The notes under the pieces are model-generated. The model saw nothing but the letters and a program-made list of their open reading frames with translations. It did not search any database and was not told where the DNA came from. A DNA stretch of 64,000 nt, taken from the NCBI GenBank assembly GCA_040954595.2, contig CM082586.2:9331337-9395336 (forward strand), read 5' to 3'. This stretch comes from Balanoglossus misakiensis (taxonomy: Eukaryota > Animalia > Hemichordata). The position numbers and the translations under genes are program-made. Each line of letters begins with the position of its first letter. Within the stretch, counting starts at the first letter, position 1. Of the stretch, positions 23,001 to 37,481 are shown one piece after another.

Positions 23001-26000
23001 TGACCACTGTAGCAAGTTTGAGAAGTGTACCTGTAGCCATTTCAGAGATCTAGGAGAGCAAAGATTGACATAAGAATAAAGAAAGATTAAAGCTGCAAGC
23101 AGCATTGTCCGGGCCCAAGCTCTATTATCTGATCTGATTATTAGATATGCACATAATTAATGAGTACAAACATAATGCTGTGTTTTACCCCATAAAATAT
23201 CAAGGTTATATCTATGCTTGGTGTTGATATAGTGTTAAGTAGGTCAAAGGTCACCCAGAGGTCACCCACAATTTGGGCAGAAAATTGTGACCCATAGTAG
23301 TCCATGTCCAACAAAAACCAGATATCTAGCCCTTTTGGTTAGCCCAGAATTAGGTATACACATAAATAATGAGTAAGCAGGTGTCACAGGTGACCCAAAA
23401 CTTTGGCTTTTCATTATGGCCCCATACCTCCAAACGCCAAGGCTGTATCTGCTGTGGATGTCAAGATATGCAAAAGTAGGTCAAAGGTCACCCGAGGTCA
23501 CCCAACATTTGGGCAAAATAGTTTCACCCCATACTGGTCCATGTATAACAAAAACAAAACCTCTAGGTCTATTGGTTCACCTGTAATTAGGTATGTGCAT
23601 ATTTAATGAGGTCAACAGAGGTCAAAGGGGTCATGAAAAGTAGCAACATTTTTTGATCACATACAAATCCACATACATCAAAAACCAAACTTATAGCCCT
23701 ATTGGTTAGCCTGGAATTAGATATGCAGAAAAATGATGCGTCAAAAGTAGGTCAAAGGTCATTGCCAAAATTACCAAAATATTTATAGCTTATTCTTGGC
23801 ATATGATGATTCATATCCATAAAAAGAATTTCTGTGCTATCAATTTTTAGGCTAGAAAGGGAATTTTTTCTTTTTAATCGTTTTTCACAAAATCCAATAT
23901 GGCCGCCATAATCTTCGACCAATCACATTCCCCTTCGCAAACTTGATAGACATCTGTTTAATGACCACACACACCAAATCTTGTGACTCGGTTATCGCCG
24001 GTTCTTGAGAAGAAGATTTTTGAAATTTTACTAGGGTTTTTCGAAAATCCAATATGGCCGCCGTAATCTTCGACCAATCACAATGATCTTCGCAAACTTG
24101 ATAGACATCAGTTAGGTGACCACATACCCTAAACCCCGTGTCTCGGTTATCACCGGTTCTGGAGAAGAAGATTTTTGAAATTTAAGCCAGATTTCAGAAA
24201 AAAAATTGTAGCAAAAAAACTGCAACTTTGTCAGCATAATTTCCAATTACAAAAATGATTGACAGAAGGTAGTCTACCTGCAGGCCAAATTTGAAGTCGA
24301 TCTGACTTGTAGTTTATGAGATCTGAGATTTGCATTTTTTCAGAAAATCCAATATGGCCGCCAGGTCACGTGACTAATTAAAAATTCATGGGTTCAATGC
24401 ACGACCACTCATTGACCTTGACCACTGTAGCAAGTTTGAAAACTGTACCTGCAGTGGTGTCTGAGATCTAGAGCGACAAAGAATTGACATAAGAATAAAG
24501 AAAGAAAGAAAGAAAGACTGAAAAATACCAACGAAACCAATAGGGCCCAAGCCTGGCTTGGCTTGGGCCCTAAAAAATTCCAACGAAACCAATACGGGCC
24601 CAAGCCTGGCTTGGCTTGGGCCCGTAATTAAAGCTGCAAGCAGCATTGTCCGGGCCCAAGCTCTATTATCTGATCTGATTATTAGATATGCACATAATTA
24701 ATGAGAAGAAACATAATGCTGTGTTTTATCCCACGAAATATCAAGGTTATATCTATGTTTGGTGTTGATATAATGTTAAGTAGGTCAAAGGTCACCAAGA
24801 GGTCACCCACAATTTGGGCAGAAAATTTTGACCCATAGTGGTCCATGTCCAACAAAAACCAGACCTCTAGCCCTCTTGGTTAGCCTGGAATTAGGTATGC
24901 ACATAATTAATGAGTTAAGCAGGTGTCACAGGTGACCCAAAACTTTGGCTTTTCATTATGGCCCCATACCTCCAAACGCCAAGGCTGTATCTGCTGTGGA
25001 TGTCGAGATATGCAAAAGTAGGTCAAAGGTCACCCCAGGTCACCCAACATTTGGGCAAAATATTTTGACCCCATACTGGTCCATGTATAACAAAAACAAA
25101 ACCTCTAGGTCTATTGGTTCATTTGTAATTAGGTATGTGCATATTTAATGAGGTCAGCAAAGGTCAAAGGGGTCATGAAAAGTAGCAAAAATTTTTGATC
25201 ACATACAAATCCACATACATCAAAAACCAAACTTATAGCCCTATTGGGTAGCCTGGAATTAGATATGCAGAAAAATGATGCGTCAAAAGTAGGTCAAAGG
25301 TCATTGCCAAAATTACCAAAATATTTATAGCTTATTCTTGGCATATGATGATTCATATCCATAAAAAGAATGTCTGTGCTATCAATTTTTAGGCTAGAAA
25401 GGGAATTTTTACTTTTTAATCGTTTTTCACAAAATCCAATATGGCCGCCATAATCTTCGACCAATCACATTCCTCTTCGCAAACTTGATAGACATCTGTT
25501 CAATGACCACACACACCAAATCTTGTGACTCGGTTATCGCCGGTTCTTTAGAAGAAGATTTTTGAAATTTTACTAGGGTTTTTCGAAAATCCAATATGGC
25601 CGCCATAATCTTCGACCAATCACAATGATCTTCGCAAACTTGATAGACCTCAGTTTGGTGACCACATACCCCAAACCGCGTGACTCGGTTATCTCCGGTT
25701 CTGGAGAAGAAGATTTTTGAAATTTTGACCAGATTTCAGAAAAACAAATGTAGCAAAAAAACTGCAACATTTACAGCAAAATATCCAATTACAAAAATGA
25801 TGGGCAGAAGGTACACTACCAGCACACCAAATCTGAAGTCGATCTGACTTGTAGTTTCTGAGATCTGAGATTTACATTTTTTCAGAAAATCCAATATGGC
25901 CGCCATGTCACGTGACTAATTAAAAATTCAAGAGTTCAATGCACGACTACTCATTGACCTTGACCATTGTAGCAAGTTTGAGAAGTGTACCTGCAGAGGT

Positions 26001-26054
26001 GTCTGAGATCTAGAGCGACAAAGAAATGACACAAGAAAAAAGAAAGAAAGACAG

Positions 26055-26266
26055 AAAAACCCCAACGAAACCAATAGGGCCCAAGCGCTGGCTTGCGCTT
26101 GGGCCCTAAAAAACCCCAACAAAACCAATAGGGCCCAAGCGCTGGTATGCGCTTGGGCCCTAAAAATACCAACGAAACCAATAGGGCCCAAGCCTGGCTT
26201 GGCTTGGGCCCTAAAAACCCCAACGAAACCAATAGGGCCCAAGCGCTGCTATGCGCTTGGGCCCTA
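26055..26266. repeat. Stack of four terminal hairpin caps
   Basis: Caps end at 26108, 26162, 26213 and 26266 and differ in loop or leader. The stack is duplicated at ~38963-39174. Confidence 0.92.
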
Positions 26267-27700
26267 ATTAAAGCTGCGAGCAGCATTGTCGGGCCCAAGC
26301 GCTGATCTTGAATTATATATGCACAGTATGAATGAGAAGAAACAGAATTTTCCATCGGATGTATTATCTCATGACATAACAAGGATGTGTGTATTTTTGC
26401 TGCTGAAATAGGGTGAAGTAGGTCAAAGGTCACCTAAGGTCACCCAACATTTGGGCAATTTTTTTTTACCCATACTGGTCCATGTCCAACAAAAACCAAA
26501 ACTCTAGCTCTTTTGGTTCGGATGTAATCAGGTATGTGCATATTTAATGAGGTCAGCAGGTGTCACAGGTGACCCAAAAATGTGGCTTTACATTCTGGTC
26601 CCATCCTACAAAATGCCATGGCTGTATCTGCTCTAGATGCTGAGATATGCGAAAGTAGGTCAAAGGTCACCAGAGGTCACCCAACATTTGGGCAAAAAAT
26701 TTTGATCCCATACTGGTCCATGTCCAACAAAAACCAAACCTCTAGCTCTATTGGTTCGCCTGTAATTAGCTATGTACATAATTAATGAGGTCAGCAGAGG
26801 TCAAAGGGGTCATGAAAAGTAGCAAAATATTTTGATCACACACTAATCCACATGCATCAAAAACCAAAAGTCTAGCCCTATAGGTTAGCCTGGAATTAGA
26901 TATGCAGAAATAATAACGCATGATAAGTAGGTCAAAGGTCATGTGAAAAATCGCCAAAAATTTGTAACATATTTTAGTCATATGATGATTGATATCCATG
27001 AAAAGAATTTGTATGCTGTCAATTTTTAGACTAGGAAAAGGAATTCCAATTTTTCACTGCTTTTTACAAAATCCAATATGGCCGCCATAATCTTCAACCA
27101 ATCACAATGCTCTTTGCAAACTTGATAGACATCAGTGTTGTGACCATACTCCCCGAATCTTGCGACTCAGTTATCGCCCGTTCTGGAGAAGAAGATTTTT
27201 GCAGTTTTACTATGGTTTTTCGAAAATCCAATATGGCCGCCATAATCTTCGACCAATCACAATGCTTCTTATCAAACTTGATAGACATCAGTTAGGTGAC
27301 CACATACCCCAAACCGCGTCACTCGGTTATCACCGGTTCTGGAGAAGAAGATTTTTGAAATTTAAGCCAGATTTCAGAAAAAAAATTGTAGCAAAAAAAC
27401 TGCAACATTTACAGCAAAATATCTAATTACAAAAATGATGGGTAGAAGGTAGACTACCTGCACACCAAATTTGAAGTCGATCTGACTTGTAGTTTCTGAG
27501 ATCTGAGATTTGCATTTTTTCAGAAAATCCAATATGGCCGCCATGTCACGTGACTAATTAAAAATTCAAGAGTTCAATGCACGACTACCCATTGACCTTG
27601 ACCACTGTAGCAAGTTTGAGAAGTGTACCTGCAGCGGTGTCTGAGATCTAGAGCGACAAAGAAATGACACAAGAATAAAGAAAGAAAGAAAGAAAGACAG

Positions 27701-29201
27701 ATTAAAGCTGCAAGCAGCATTGTCCGGGCCCAAGCTCTATTATCTGATCAGATTATTAGATATGCACATAATTAATGAGTAGAAACATAATGCTGTGTTT
27801 TATCCCATGAAATATCAAGGTTATATCTATGTTTGGTGTTGATATAGTGTTAAGTAGGTCAAAGGTCACCCAGAGGTCACCCACAATTTGGGCAGAAAAT
27901 TTTGATCCATAGTGGTCCATGTCCAACAAAAACCAGACCTCTAGCCCTTTTGGTTAGCCCGGAATTAGGTATGCACATAAATAATGAGTTAAGCAGGTGT
28001 CAAAGGTGACCCAAAACTTTGGCTTTTCATTATGGCCCCATACCTCCAAACGCCAAGGTTGTATCTGCTGTGGATGTCGAGATATGTAAAAGTAGGTCAA
28101 AGGTCACCCGAGGTCACCCAACATTTGGGCAAAATATTTTGACCCCATACTGGTCCATGTATAACAAAAACAAAACCTCTAGGTCTATTGGTTCATCATT
28201 AATTAGGTATGCGCATATTTAATGAGGTCACCAGAGGTCAAAGGGGTCATGAAAAGTAGCAACATTTTTTGATCACATACAAATCCACATACATCAAAAA
28301 CCAAACTTATAGCCCTATTGGTAAGCCTGGAATTAGATATGCAGAAAAATGATGCGTCAAAAGTAGGTCAAAGGTCATTGCCAAAATTACCAAAATATTT
28401 ATAGCTTATTCTTGTCATATGATGATTCATATCCATAAAAAGAATTTCTGTGCTATCAATTTTTAGGCTAGAAAAGGAATTTTTACTTTTTAATCGTTTT
28501 TCACAAAATCCAATATGGCCGCCATAATCTTCGACCAATCACATTCCCCTTTGCAAACTTGATAGACACCTGTTTAATGACCACACACACCAAATCTTGT
28601 GACTCGGTTATCACCCGTTCTTGAGAAGAAGATTTTTGAAGTTTTACTATGGTTTTTCGAAAATCCAATATGGCCGCCATAATCTTCGACCAATCACAAT
28701 GATCTTCGCAAACTTGGTAGACATCAGTTAGGTGACCACATACCCCAAACCGCGTGACTCAGTTATCACCGGTTCTGGAGAAGAAGATTTTTGAAAATTA
28801 AGCCAGATTTCAGAAAAAAAATTGTAGCAAAAAAACTGCAACATTTACAGCAAAATATCCAATTACAAAAATGATGGGTAAAAGGTAGACTACCTGCACA
28901 CCAAATTTGAAGTCGATCTGACTTGTAGTTTCTGAGATCTGAGATTTGCATTTTTTCAGAAAATCCAATATGGCCGCCAGGTCACGTGACTAATTAAAAA
29001 TTCACAGGTTCAATGCACGACTACTCATTGACCTTGACCACTGTAGCAAGTTTCAGAAGTGTACCTGCAGCGGTGTCTGAGATCTAGAGCGACAAAGAAT
29101 TGACACAAGAATAAAGAAAGAAAGAAAGAAGAAAGAAGGAAAGACAGAAAAACCCCAACGAAACCAATAGGGCCCAAGCGCTGGTATGCGCTTGGGCCCT
29201 A
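27701..29201. mobile_element. Complete uninterrupted subfamily-A non-autonomous element (reference copy, 1501 bp)
   Basis: Starts ATTAAAGCTGCAAGCAGCATTGTCCGGGCCCAAGCTC and ends with the GAAA tract plus AAAAACCCCAACGAAACCAA-TAGGGCCCAAGCGC-tggtat-GCGCTTGGGCCCTA. Confidence 0.88.
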
Positions 29202-32200
29202 ATTAAAGCTGCAAGCAGCATTGTCCGGGCCCAAGCTCTATTATCTGATCTGATATTAGATATGCACATAATTAATGAGTAGAAACATAATGCTGTTTCA
29301 TCCCATGAAATATCAAGGTTATATCTATGTTTGGTGCTGTTAAAGTAGGTCAAAGGTCACCCAGAGGTCACCCAACATTTGGGCAGAAAATTTTGACCCA
29401 TAGTGGTCCATGTCCAACAAAAACCAGACCTCTAGCCCTTTTGGTTAGCCTGGAATTAGGTATGCACATAAATAATGCGTAAAGCAGGTGTCACAGGTGA
29501 CCCAAAACTTTGGCTTTTCATTATGGCCCCATACCTCCAAATGCCAAGGCTGTACCTGCTTTGGATGCCGAGATATGCAAAAGTACGTCAAAGGTCATCT
29601 GAGGTCATCCAAAATTTGGGCAGAAAATTTTGACCCATAGTGGTCCATGTCCAACAAAAACCAGACCTCTAGTCCTTTTGGTTAGCCCAGAATTAGGTAT
29701 GCACATAAATAATGAGTTAAGCAGGTGTCACAGGTGACCCAAAACTTTGGCTTTTCATTATGGCCCCATACCTCCAAACGCCAGGGCTGTATCTGCTGTG
29801 GATGTCGAGATATGCAAAAGTAGGTCAAAGGTCATCCGAGGTCACCCAACATTTGGGCAAAAAAATTTGACCCAATACTGGTTCATGTCCAACAAAAACC
29901 AAACCTCTAGGTCTATTGGTTCATCTGTAATTAGGTATGCGCATATTTAATGAGGTCAGCAGAGGTCAAAGGGGTCATGAAAAGTAGCGAAATTTTTTGA
30001 TTGCATACAAATCCACATACATCAAAAACCAAACTTATAGCCCTATTAGTTAGCCTGGAATTAGATATGCAGAAAAATGATGTGTCAAAAGTAGGTCAAA
30101 GGTCATTGTCAAAATTACCAAAATATTTATAGCTTATTCTTGGCATATGATGATTCATATCCATAAAAAGAATTTCTGTGCTATCAATTTTTAGGCTAGA
30201 AAGGGAATTTTTACTTTTTAATCGTTTTTCACAAAATCCAATATGGCCGCCATAATCTTCGACCAATCACATTCACCTTCGCAAACTTGATAGACATCTG
30301 TTTAATGACCACACACACCAAATCTTGTGACTCAGTTATCGCCGGTTCTTGAGAAGAAGATTTTTGAAATTTTACTAGGGTTTTTCGAAAATCCAATATG
30401 GCCGCCATAATCTTCGACCAATCACAATGATCTTCGCAAACTTGATAGACCTCAGTTAGGTGACCACATACCCCAAACCACGTGACTCGGTTATTGCCGG
30501 TTCTGGAGAAGAAGATTTTTGAAATTTTGACCAGATTTCAGAAAAAAAATTGTAGCAAAAAAACTGCAACATTGACAGCAAAATATCCAATTACAAAAAT
30601 GATGGGCAGAAGGTACACTACCAGCACACCAAATCTGAAGTAAATCTGACTTGTAGTTTCTGAGATCTGAGATTTGCATTTTTTCAGAAAATCCAATATG
30701 GCCGCCATGTCACGTGACTAATTAAAAATTCAAGAGTTCAATGCACGACTACCCATTGACCTTGACCACTGTAGCAAGTTTGAGAAGTGTACCTGCAGCG
30801 GTGTCTGAGATCTAGAGCGACAAAGAAATGACAGAAGAATAAAGAAAGAAGGAAAGACAGATTAAAGCTGCAAGCAGCATTGTCCGGGCCCAAGCTCTAT
30901 TATCTGATCTAATTATTAGATATGCACATAATTAATGAGTAGAGACATAATGCTGTGTCTTATGCCATGAAATATCAAGGTTATATCTATGTTTTGTGGT
31001 GATATAGTGTTAAGTAGGTCAAAGGTCACCCAGAGGTCAACCACAATTTGGGCAGAAAATTTTGACCCATAGTGGTCCATGTCCAACAAAAACCAGACCT
31101 CTAGCCCTTTTGGTTATCCCGGAATTAGGTATGCACATAAATAATGAGTTAAGCACGTGTCACAGGTGACCCAAAACTTTGGCTTTTCATTATGGCCCCA
31201 TACCTCCAAACGCCAAGGCTGTATCTGCCGTAGATGTCGAGATATGCAAAAGTAGGTCAAAGGTCACCCGAGGTCACCCAACATTTGGGCAAAATATTTT
31301 GACCCCATACTGGTCCATGTATAACAAAAACAAAACCTCTAGGTCTATTGGTTCATCATTAATTAGGTATGCGCATATTTAATGAGGTCACCAGAGGTCA
31401 AAGGGGTCATGAAAAGTAGCAAAATTTTTTGATCACATACAAATCCACATACATCAAAAACCAAACTTATAGCCCTATTGGTTAGCCTGGAATTAGATAT
31501 GCAGAAAAATGATGCGTCAAAAGTAGGTCAAAGGTCATTGCCAAAATTACCAAAATATTTATAGCTTATTCTTGTCATATGATGTTTCATATCCGTAAAA
31601 AGAATTTCTGTGCTATCAATTTTTAGGCTAGAAAGGGAATTTTTACTTTTTAATCGTTTTTCACAAAATCCAATATGGCCGCCATAATCTTTGACCAATC
31701 ACATTCCTCTTCGCAAACTTGATAGACATCTGTTTAATGACCACACACATCAAATCTTGTGACTCAGTTATCGCCGGTTCTTGAGAAGAAGATTTTTGAA
31801 ATTTTACTAGGTTTTTTTTTAAATCCAATATGGCCGCCATAATCTTTGACCAATCACAATGATCTTCGCAAACTTGATAGACCTCAGCTTGGTGACCACA
31901 TACCCCAAACCGCGTGACTCGGTTATTGCCGGTTGTGGAGAAGAAGATTTTTGAAATTTTGACCAGATTTCAGAAAAACAACTGTAGCAAAAAAACTGCA
32001 ACATTGACAGCAAAATATCCAATTACAAAAATGATGGGCAGAAGGTAGACTACCTGCACACCAAATTTGAAGTCGATCTGACTTGTAGTTTCTGAGATCT
32101 GAGATTTGCATTTTTTCAGAAAATCCAATATGGCCGCCATGTCACGTGACTAATTAAAAATTCAAGAGTTCAATGCACGACTACCCATTGACCTTGACCA

Positions 32201-33810
32201 TTGTAGCAAGTTTGAGAAGTGTACCTGCAGCGGTGTCTGAGATCTAGAGCGACAAAGAAATGACAGAAGAATAAAGAAAGAAAGACAGAAAAACCCCAAC
32301 GAAACCAATAGGGCCCAAGCGCTGGTATGCGCTTGGGCCCTAAAAAACCCCAACGAAACCAATAGGGCCCAAGCGCTGGTATGCGCTTGGGCCCTAATTA
32401 AAGCTGCAAGCAGCATTGTCCGGGCCCAAGCTCTATTATCTGATCTGATTATTAGATATGCACATAATTAATGAGTAGGAACATAATGCTGTGTTTTATC
32501 CCATGAAATATCAAGGTTATATCTATGTTTGGTGTTGATATAGTGTTAAGTAGGTCAAAGGTCACCCAGAGGTCACCCACAATTTGGGCAGAAAATTTTG
32601 ACCCATAGTGGTCCATGTCCAACAAAATCCAGATCTCTAGCCCTTTTGGTTAGCCCGAAATTAGGTATGCACATAAATAATGAGTTAAGCAGGTGTCACA
32701 GGTGACCCAAAACTTTGGCTTTTCATTATGGCCCCATACCTCCAAACGCCAAGGCTGTATCTGCTGTGGATGTCGAGATATGCAAAAGTAGGTCAAAGGT
32801 CATCCGAGGTCACCCAACATTTGGGCAAAAAAATTTGACCCAATACTGGTTCATGTCCAACAGAAACCAAACATCTAGGTCTATTGGTTCATCTGTAATT
32901 AGGTATGCGCATATTTAATGAGGTCAGCAGAGGTCAAAGGGGTCATGATAAGTAGCGAAATTTTTTGATCACATACAAATCCACATACATCAAAAACCAA
33001 AATCATAGCCCTATAGGTTAGCCTGGAATTAGATATGCAGAAAAAAATGATGTGTCAAAAGTAGGTCAAAGGTCATTGCCAAAATTACCAAAATATTTGG
33101 GGTAGGTCCTGGCAGGGATGATACCAATGTGCACAAAAATCAGAACTCTGGTACATTTAGAACACGCAGTATGAGCTATATATGCATATATGCAGGTTCT
33201 TAAAAAAGTAGGTCAAAGGTCATGTGAAAATTTCCAAAATATTTGCAACATATTCTAGTCATATCAAGACTCATATCCATAAAAAGAATGTGTATGCTAT
33301 CTATTTTTAGACTAGAAATATGATTTCTTAATTTTCGCTGGTTTTTACAAAATCCAATATGGCCGCCATAATCTTCGACCAATCACAACGCTCTTCGCAA
33401 ACTTGATAGACATCAGTTAGGTGATGTCATACCCTAAATCCCATGACTCGGTTATTGCCGGTTCTGGAGAAGAAGATTTTTGAAGATTTTACTGTACTTT
33501 TTCGAAAATCCAATATGGCGGCCAAAGTCACGTGACCGCTCAGGATTTTATTGTCAAACTTTGAAGGGCAGAGGACATGTGTACCATACACCAAATTTGA
33601 ACTTGATTGGCCCTGTGGTTTTTGAGAAGAAGCCATTTAAAGATTTTCAGAAAATCCAATATGGCCGCCAGGTCACGTGACTAATTAAATATTCACAAGC
33701 CACTGCACATCTACTCATTGACCTTGACCACTGTAGCAAGTTTGAGAAGTGTACCTGTAGCCATTTCAGAGATCTAGGAGAGCAAAGATTGACATAAGAA
33801 TAAAGAAAGA

Positions 33811-36800
33811 ATTAAAGCTGCAAGCAGCATTGTCGGGCCCAAGCGCTGATCCGGTATTATATATGCACAGTATGAATGAGAAGAAACAGAATGCTCTATC
33901 GGGTGTTTTATCTCATGACGTAACAAGGACGTATGTATTTTTCCTACTGAAATAGAGTAAAGTAGGTCAAAGGTCACCTGAGGTCACCCAACATTTGGGC
34001 AAAATTTTTTGACCCATACTGTTCCATGTCCAACAAAAACCAAAACTCTAGTTCTATTGGTTCGCCTTTAATTAGGTACGTGCATATTTAATGAGGTCAG
34101 CAGGTGTCACAGGTGACTTAAAAATGTGGCTTTACATTGCTATTTGACATGTAAATTATGGTCTGAACGGAATAGTAAATTAAAAAAAAACGCAGAAACA
34201 CTATTACACCAATTCACTGCGTATAAGAATTAAATGGGTGTGTGAACATATTACTTATTCATTTGTATAGTAGACCATTTACAGGAAGCACACATTGTGT
34301 ATTTCTTTATTGCAATGATTTACAAGTAATCTTATGATTTTTTTCTGTATTTGTTTCTGATACAAAACCTGCCGTTAGTTGTATCATTACCGTTTGGCAG
34401 AAGCCTTTTACTGTAATCACATCTTTACTAAATTGTACATTATAGGTCACTGACCACTCAAAACAATGTCTGTGTCTGATTTCCTTTGTTCCATGTACTC
34501 TGTATATAGAATCTCATTTGGAAGATGCTCTGGATACCATGGTATGGAAAAGTGAAATATATTTGTTCCATACTAGTCCTATTTAGTTAATCCCAAATTT
34601 GCCATGCATACAAATTACGAGGTAAAGGATACCTAGAGATGGTGAAATCAGTGTGGGATTATCGGATGGTCAAACAAAATTTGTCAGAATTGTTTGATCC
34701 AAGAATGGTCCATGCACATGTCCCACATACACCAGACTTATAACCTTTTGCTTTGCCTGGAATAAGGTGTGTGTATAAAGTGTAGGTCTTCATCACATGT
34801 TCCGTCACTCAAAATGACAAGTCTGTATCTGTTCTGGATGCTGAGATGGGAATATGGGTGATAGGTCACTCCAAATTTCTACCCATTCTTGTGCATGTCC
34901 ACAAAAAGGACTTCTAGACCTATCAATTGGCCTAAAATAAGATGTGTACAAAGTGCAAGACTCCATCAGGTCTTCCAACCCTCCAAATGCCAAGAATATA
35001 TCTCCTCTAGATGCCTAGATGTGGTAAAATAGGTCAAAGGTCACCAAGAGGTCACCCAGATTTCCTCAAAAAATGTTTGATACCAAACTTCCATGTGCCA
35101 TGCCCCAGAAAAATCAGTCTTTTAGCTCTATTTGTAAGCCTAGAATTACCTATGTGCACAGTTAATGAGTTAATTAAACACCATTACCACCACTCTAAAT
35201 GCCAAAGCTTTATCTACATGTACTGTAGATGCCGAGATATGTGGGACAGTTGGTCAAGGGTAACTCAGAGGTCACCAAGATTTCGTCAAAAATGTTTGAG
35301 CTCATGCTGGCCCGAGTCCAACAAAAATCAAACATCTAGCTTAATTTGGTTGTCTGGAATTATATATGCACATAATTAATGATCAAATGTGTATGACTCA
35401 GTCATGTGTTCCATCCCTCAAAATGCCAAGGCGGTATCTGCTCTGGACGCCGAGATATGGGAAAGTAGGTCACCTGAGGTTACTGAAATTTGGGTAAATT
35501 TTATTGACCCCAAACAGGTTCATGTCCAACAAAAAAACAGACCTGTAGCCCAATTGGCTTGCCTGGAATTAGGTATGCACATGATAAATAAGTTAAGCAG
35601 GTGTTACAGGTCCAAACCCTCCAAACACCAAACACTGTATCTGCTCTGGATGCCGAGATAGCGAAATTTAGGTCAAAGATCACCCGAGGTCACTCGAAAT
35701 ATGGGCAAAAAAATTTGACCCCATACTGGTCCATGTCCAATAACAAGCAAAACTCTAGCTCTATTGGTTCGCCTGTAATTAGGTATGTGCATATTGAATG
35801 AGGTCAGCAGGTGTCACAGGTGACCCAAAAATTTGGCTTTACATTTTGGTCCCATCCTGCCAAATGCCAAGGCTGTATCTGCTCTGGATGCTGAGATATG
35901 CGAAAGTGGGTCAAAGGTCACCTGAGATCACCAAACATTTGGGCAAAATTTTTTGACCCATACTGGTCCATGTCAAACAAAAACTAAAACTCTAGCTCTA
36001 TTGGTTCGCCTGTAATTAGGTATGTGCATATTTAATGAGGTCAGCAGGTGTCACAGGTGACCCAAAAATGTGGCTGTACATTTTTGCCCCATCCTGCCAA
36101 ATGCCAAGGCTGTATCTGCTCTGGATGCTGAGATATGCGAAAGTGGGTCTAAGGTCACCTGAGGTCACCAAACATTTGGGCAAAATTTTTTGACCCATAC
36201 TGGTCCATGTCAAACAAAAACTAAAACTCTAGCTCTATTGGTTCGCCTGTAATTAGGTATGTGCATATTTAATGAGGTCAGCAGGTGTCACAGGTGACCC
36301 AAAAATGTGGCTGTACATTTTGGCCCCATCCTGCCAAATGCCAAGGCTGTATCTGCTCTGGATGCTGAGATATGCGAAAGTAGGTCAAAGGTGACCAGAG
36401 GTCACCCAACATTTGGGCAAAAAATTTTGTTCCCATAGTGGTCCATGTCCAACAAAAACCAAATCTCTAGCTCTATTGGTTCGCCTGTAATTAGCTATGT
36501 GCATAATTAATGAGGTCAGCAGAGGTCAAAGGGGTCATGAAAAGTAGCAAAATATTTTGATCACACACTAATCCACATGCATCAAAAACCAAACGTCTAG
36601 CCCTATAGGTTAGCCTGGAAATAGATATGCAGAAATAATAACGTGTGAAAAGTAGGTCAAAGGTCATGTGAAAAATCGCCAAAAAATTGTAACATAATTT
36701 AGTCACATGACGATTGATATCCATAAAAAGAGTTTGTATGCTATCAATTTTTACACTAGGAAAAGGAATTTCAATTTTTCACTGCTTTTTACATAATCCA

Positions 36801-37481
36801 ATATGGCCGCCATAATCTTCGACCAATCACAATGCTCTTTGCAAACTTGATAGACATCAGTGAAGTGACCAAACTCCCCGAATCTTGCGACTCAGTTATC
36901 GCCCGTTCTGGAGAAGAAGATTTTTTGAGTTTTACTATGGTTTTTCGAAAATCCAATATGGCCGCCATAATCTTCGACCAATCACAATGATCTTCGCAAA
37001 CTTGATAGACATCAGTTAGGTGACCACATACACCAAACCCCGTGTCTCGGTTATCACCGGTTCTGGAGAAGAAGATTTTTGAAATTTTGACCAGATTTAA
37101 GAAAAAAAATTGTGGCAAAAAAACTGCAACATTGACAGCATAATTTCCAATTACAAAAATGATGGGCAGAAGGTAGTCTACCTGCACGCCAAATTTGAAG
37201 TCGATCTGACTTGTAGTTTCTGAGATCTGAGATTTGCATTTTTTCAGAAAATCCAAGATGGCCGCCAGGTCATGTGACTAATTAAAAATTCAAGGGTTCA
37301 ATGCACGACTACTCATTGACCTTGACCACTGTAGCAAGTTTCAGAAGTGTACCTGCAGTGGTCTCTGAGATCTAGAGCGACAAAGAATTGACACAAGAAT
37401 AAAGAAAGAAAGAAGAAAGAAAGACAGAAAAACCCCAACGAAACCAATAGGGCCCAAGCGCTTGCTTGCGCTTGGGCCCTA
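33811..37481. mobile_element. Long (3671 bp) subfamily-B member with a unique interior, nested in the element starting at 32397
   Basis: Left terminus at 33811, non-repetitive interior ~34140-34640, degenerate then intact ~237-bp subrepeats, own cap ending at 37481. The host's AAAATTCC-type cap follows immediately. Confidence 0.8.

Noticed and set aside
26055-26266. CRISPR-like appearance of the stacked palindromic ~53-bp units (also 38963-39174 and 57517-57815)
   Set aside because: There are no unique spacers and no cas genes, the context is eukaryotic, and the units are displaced transposon ends.
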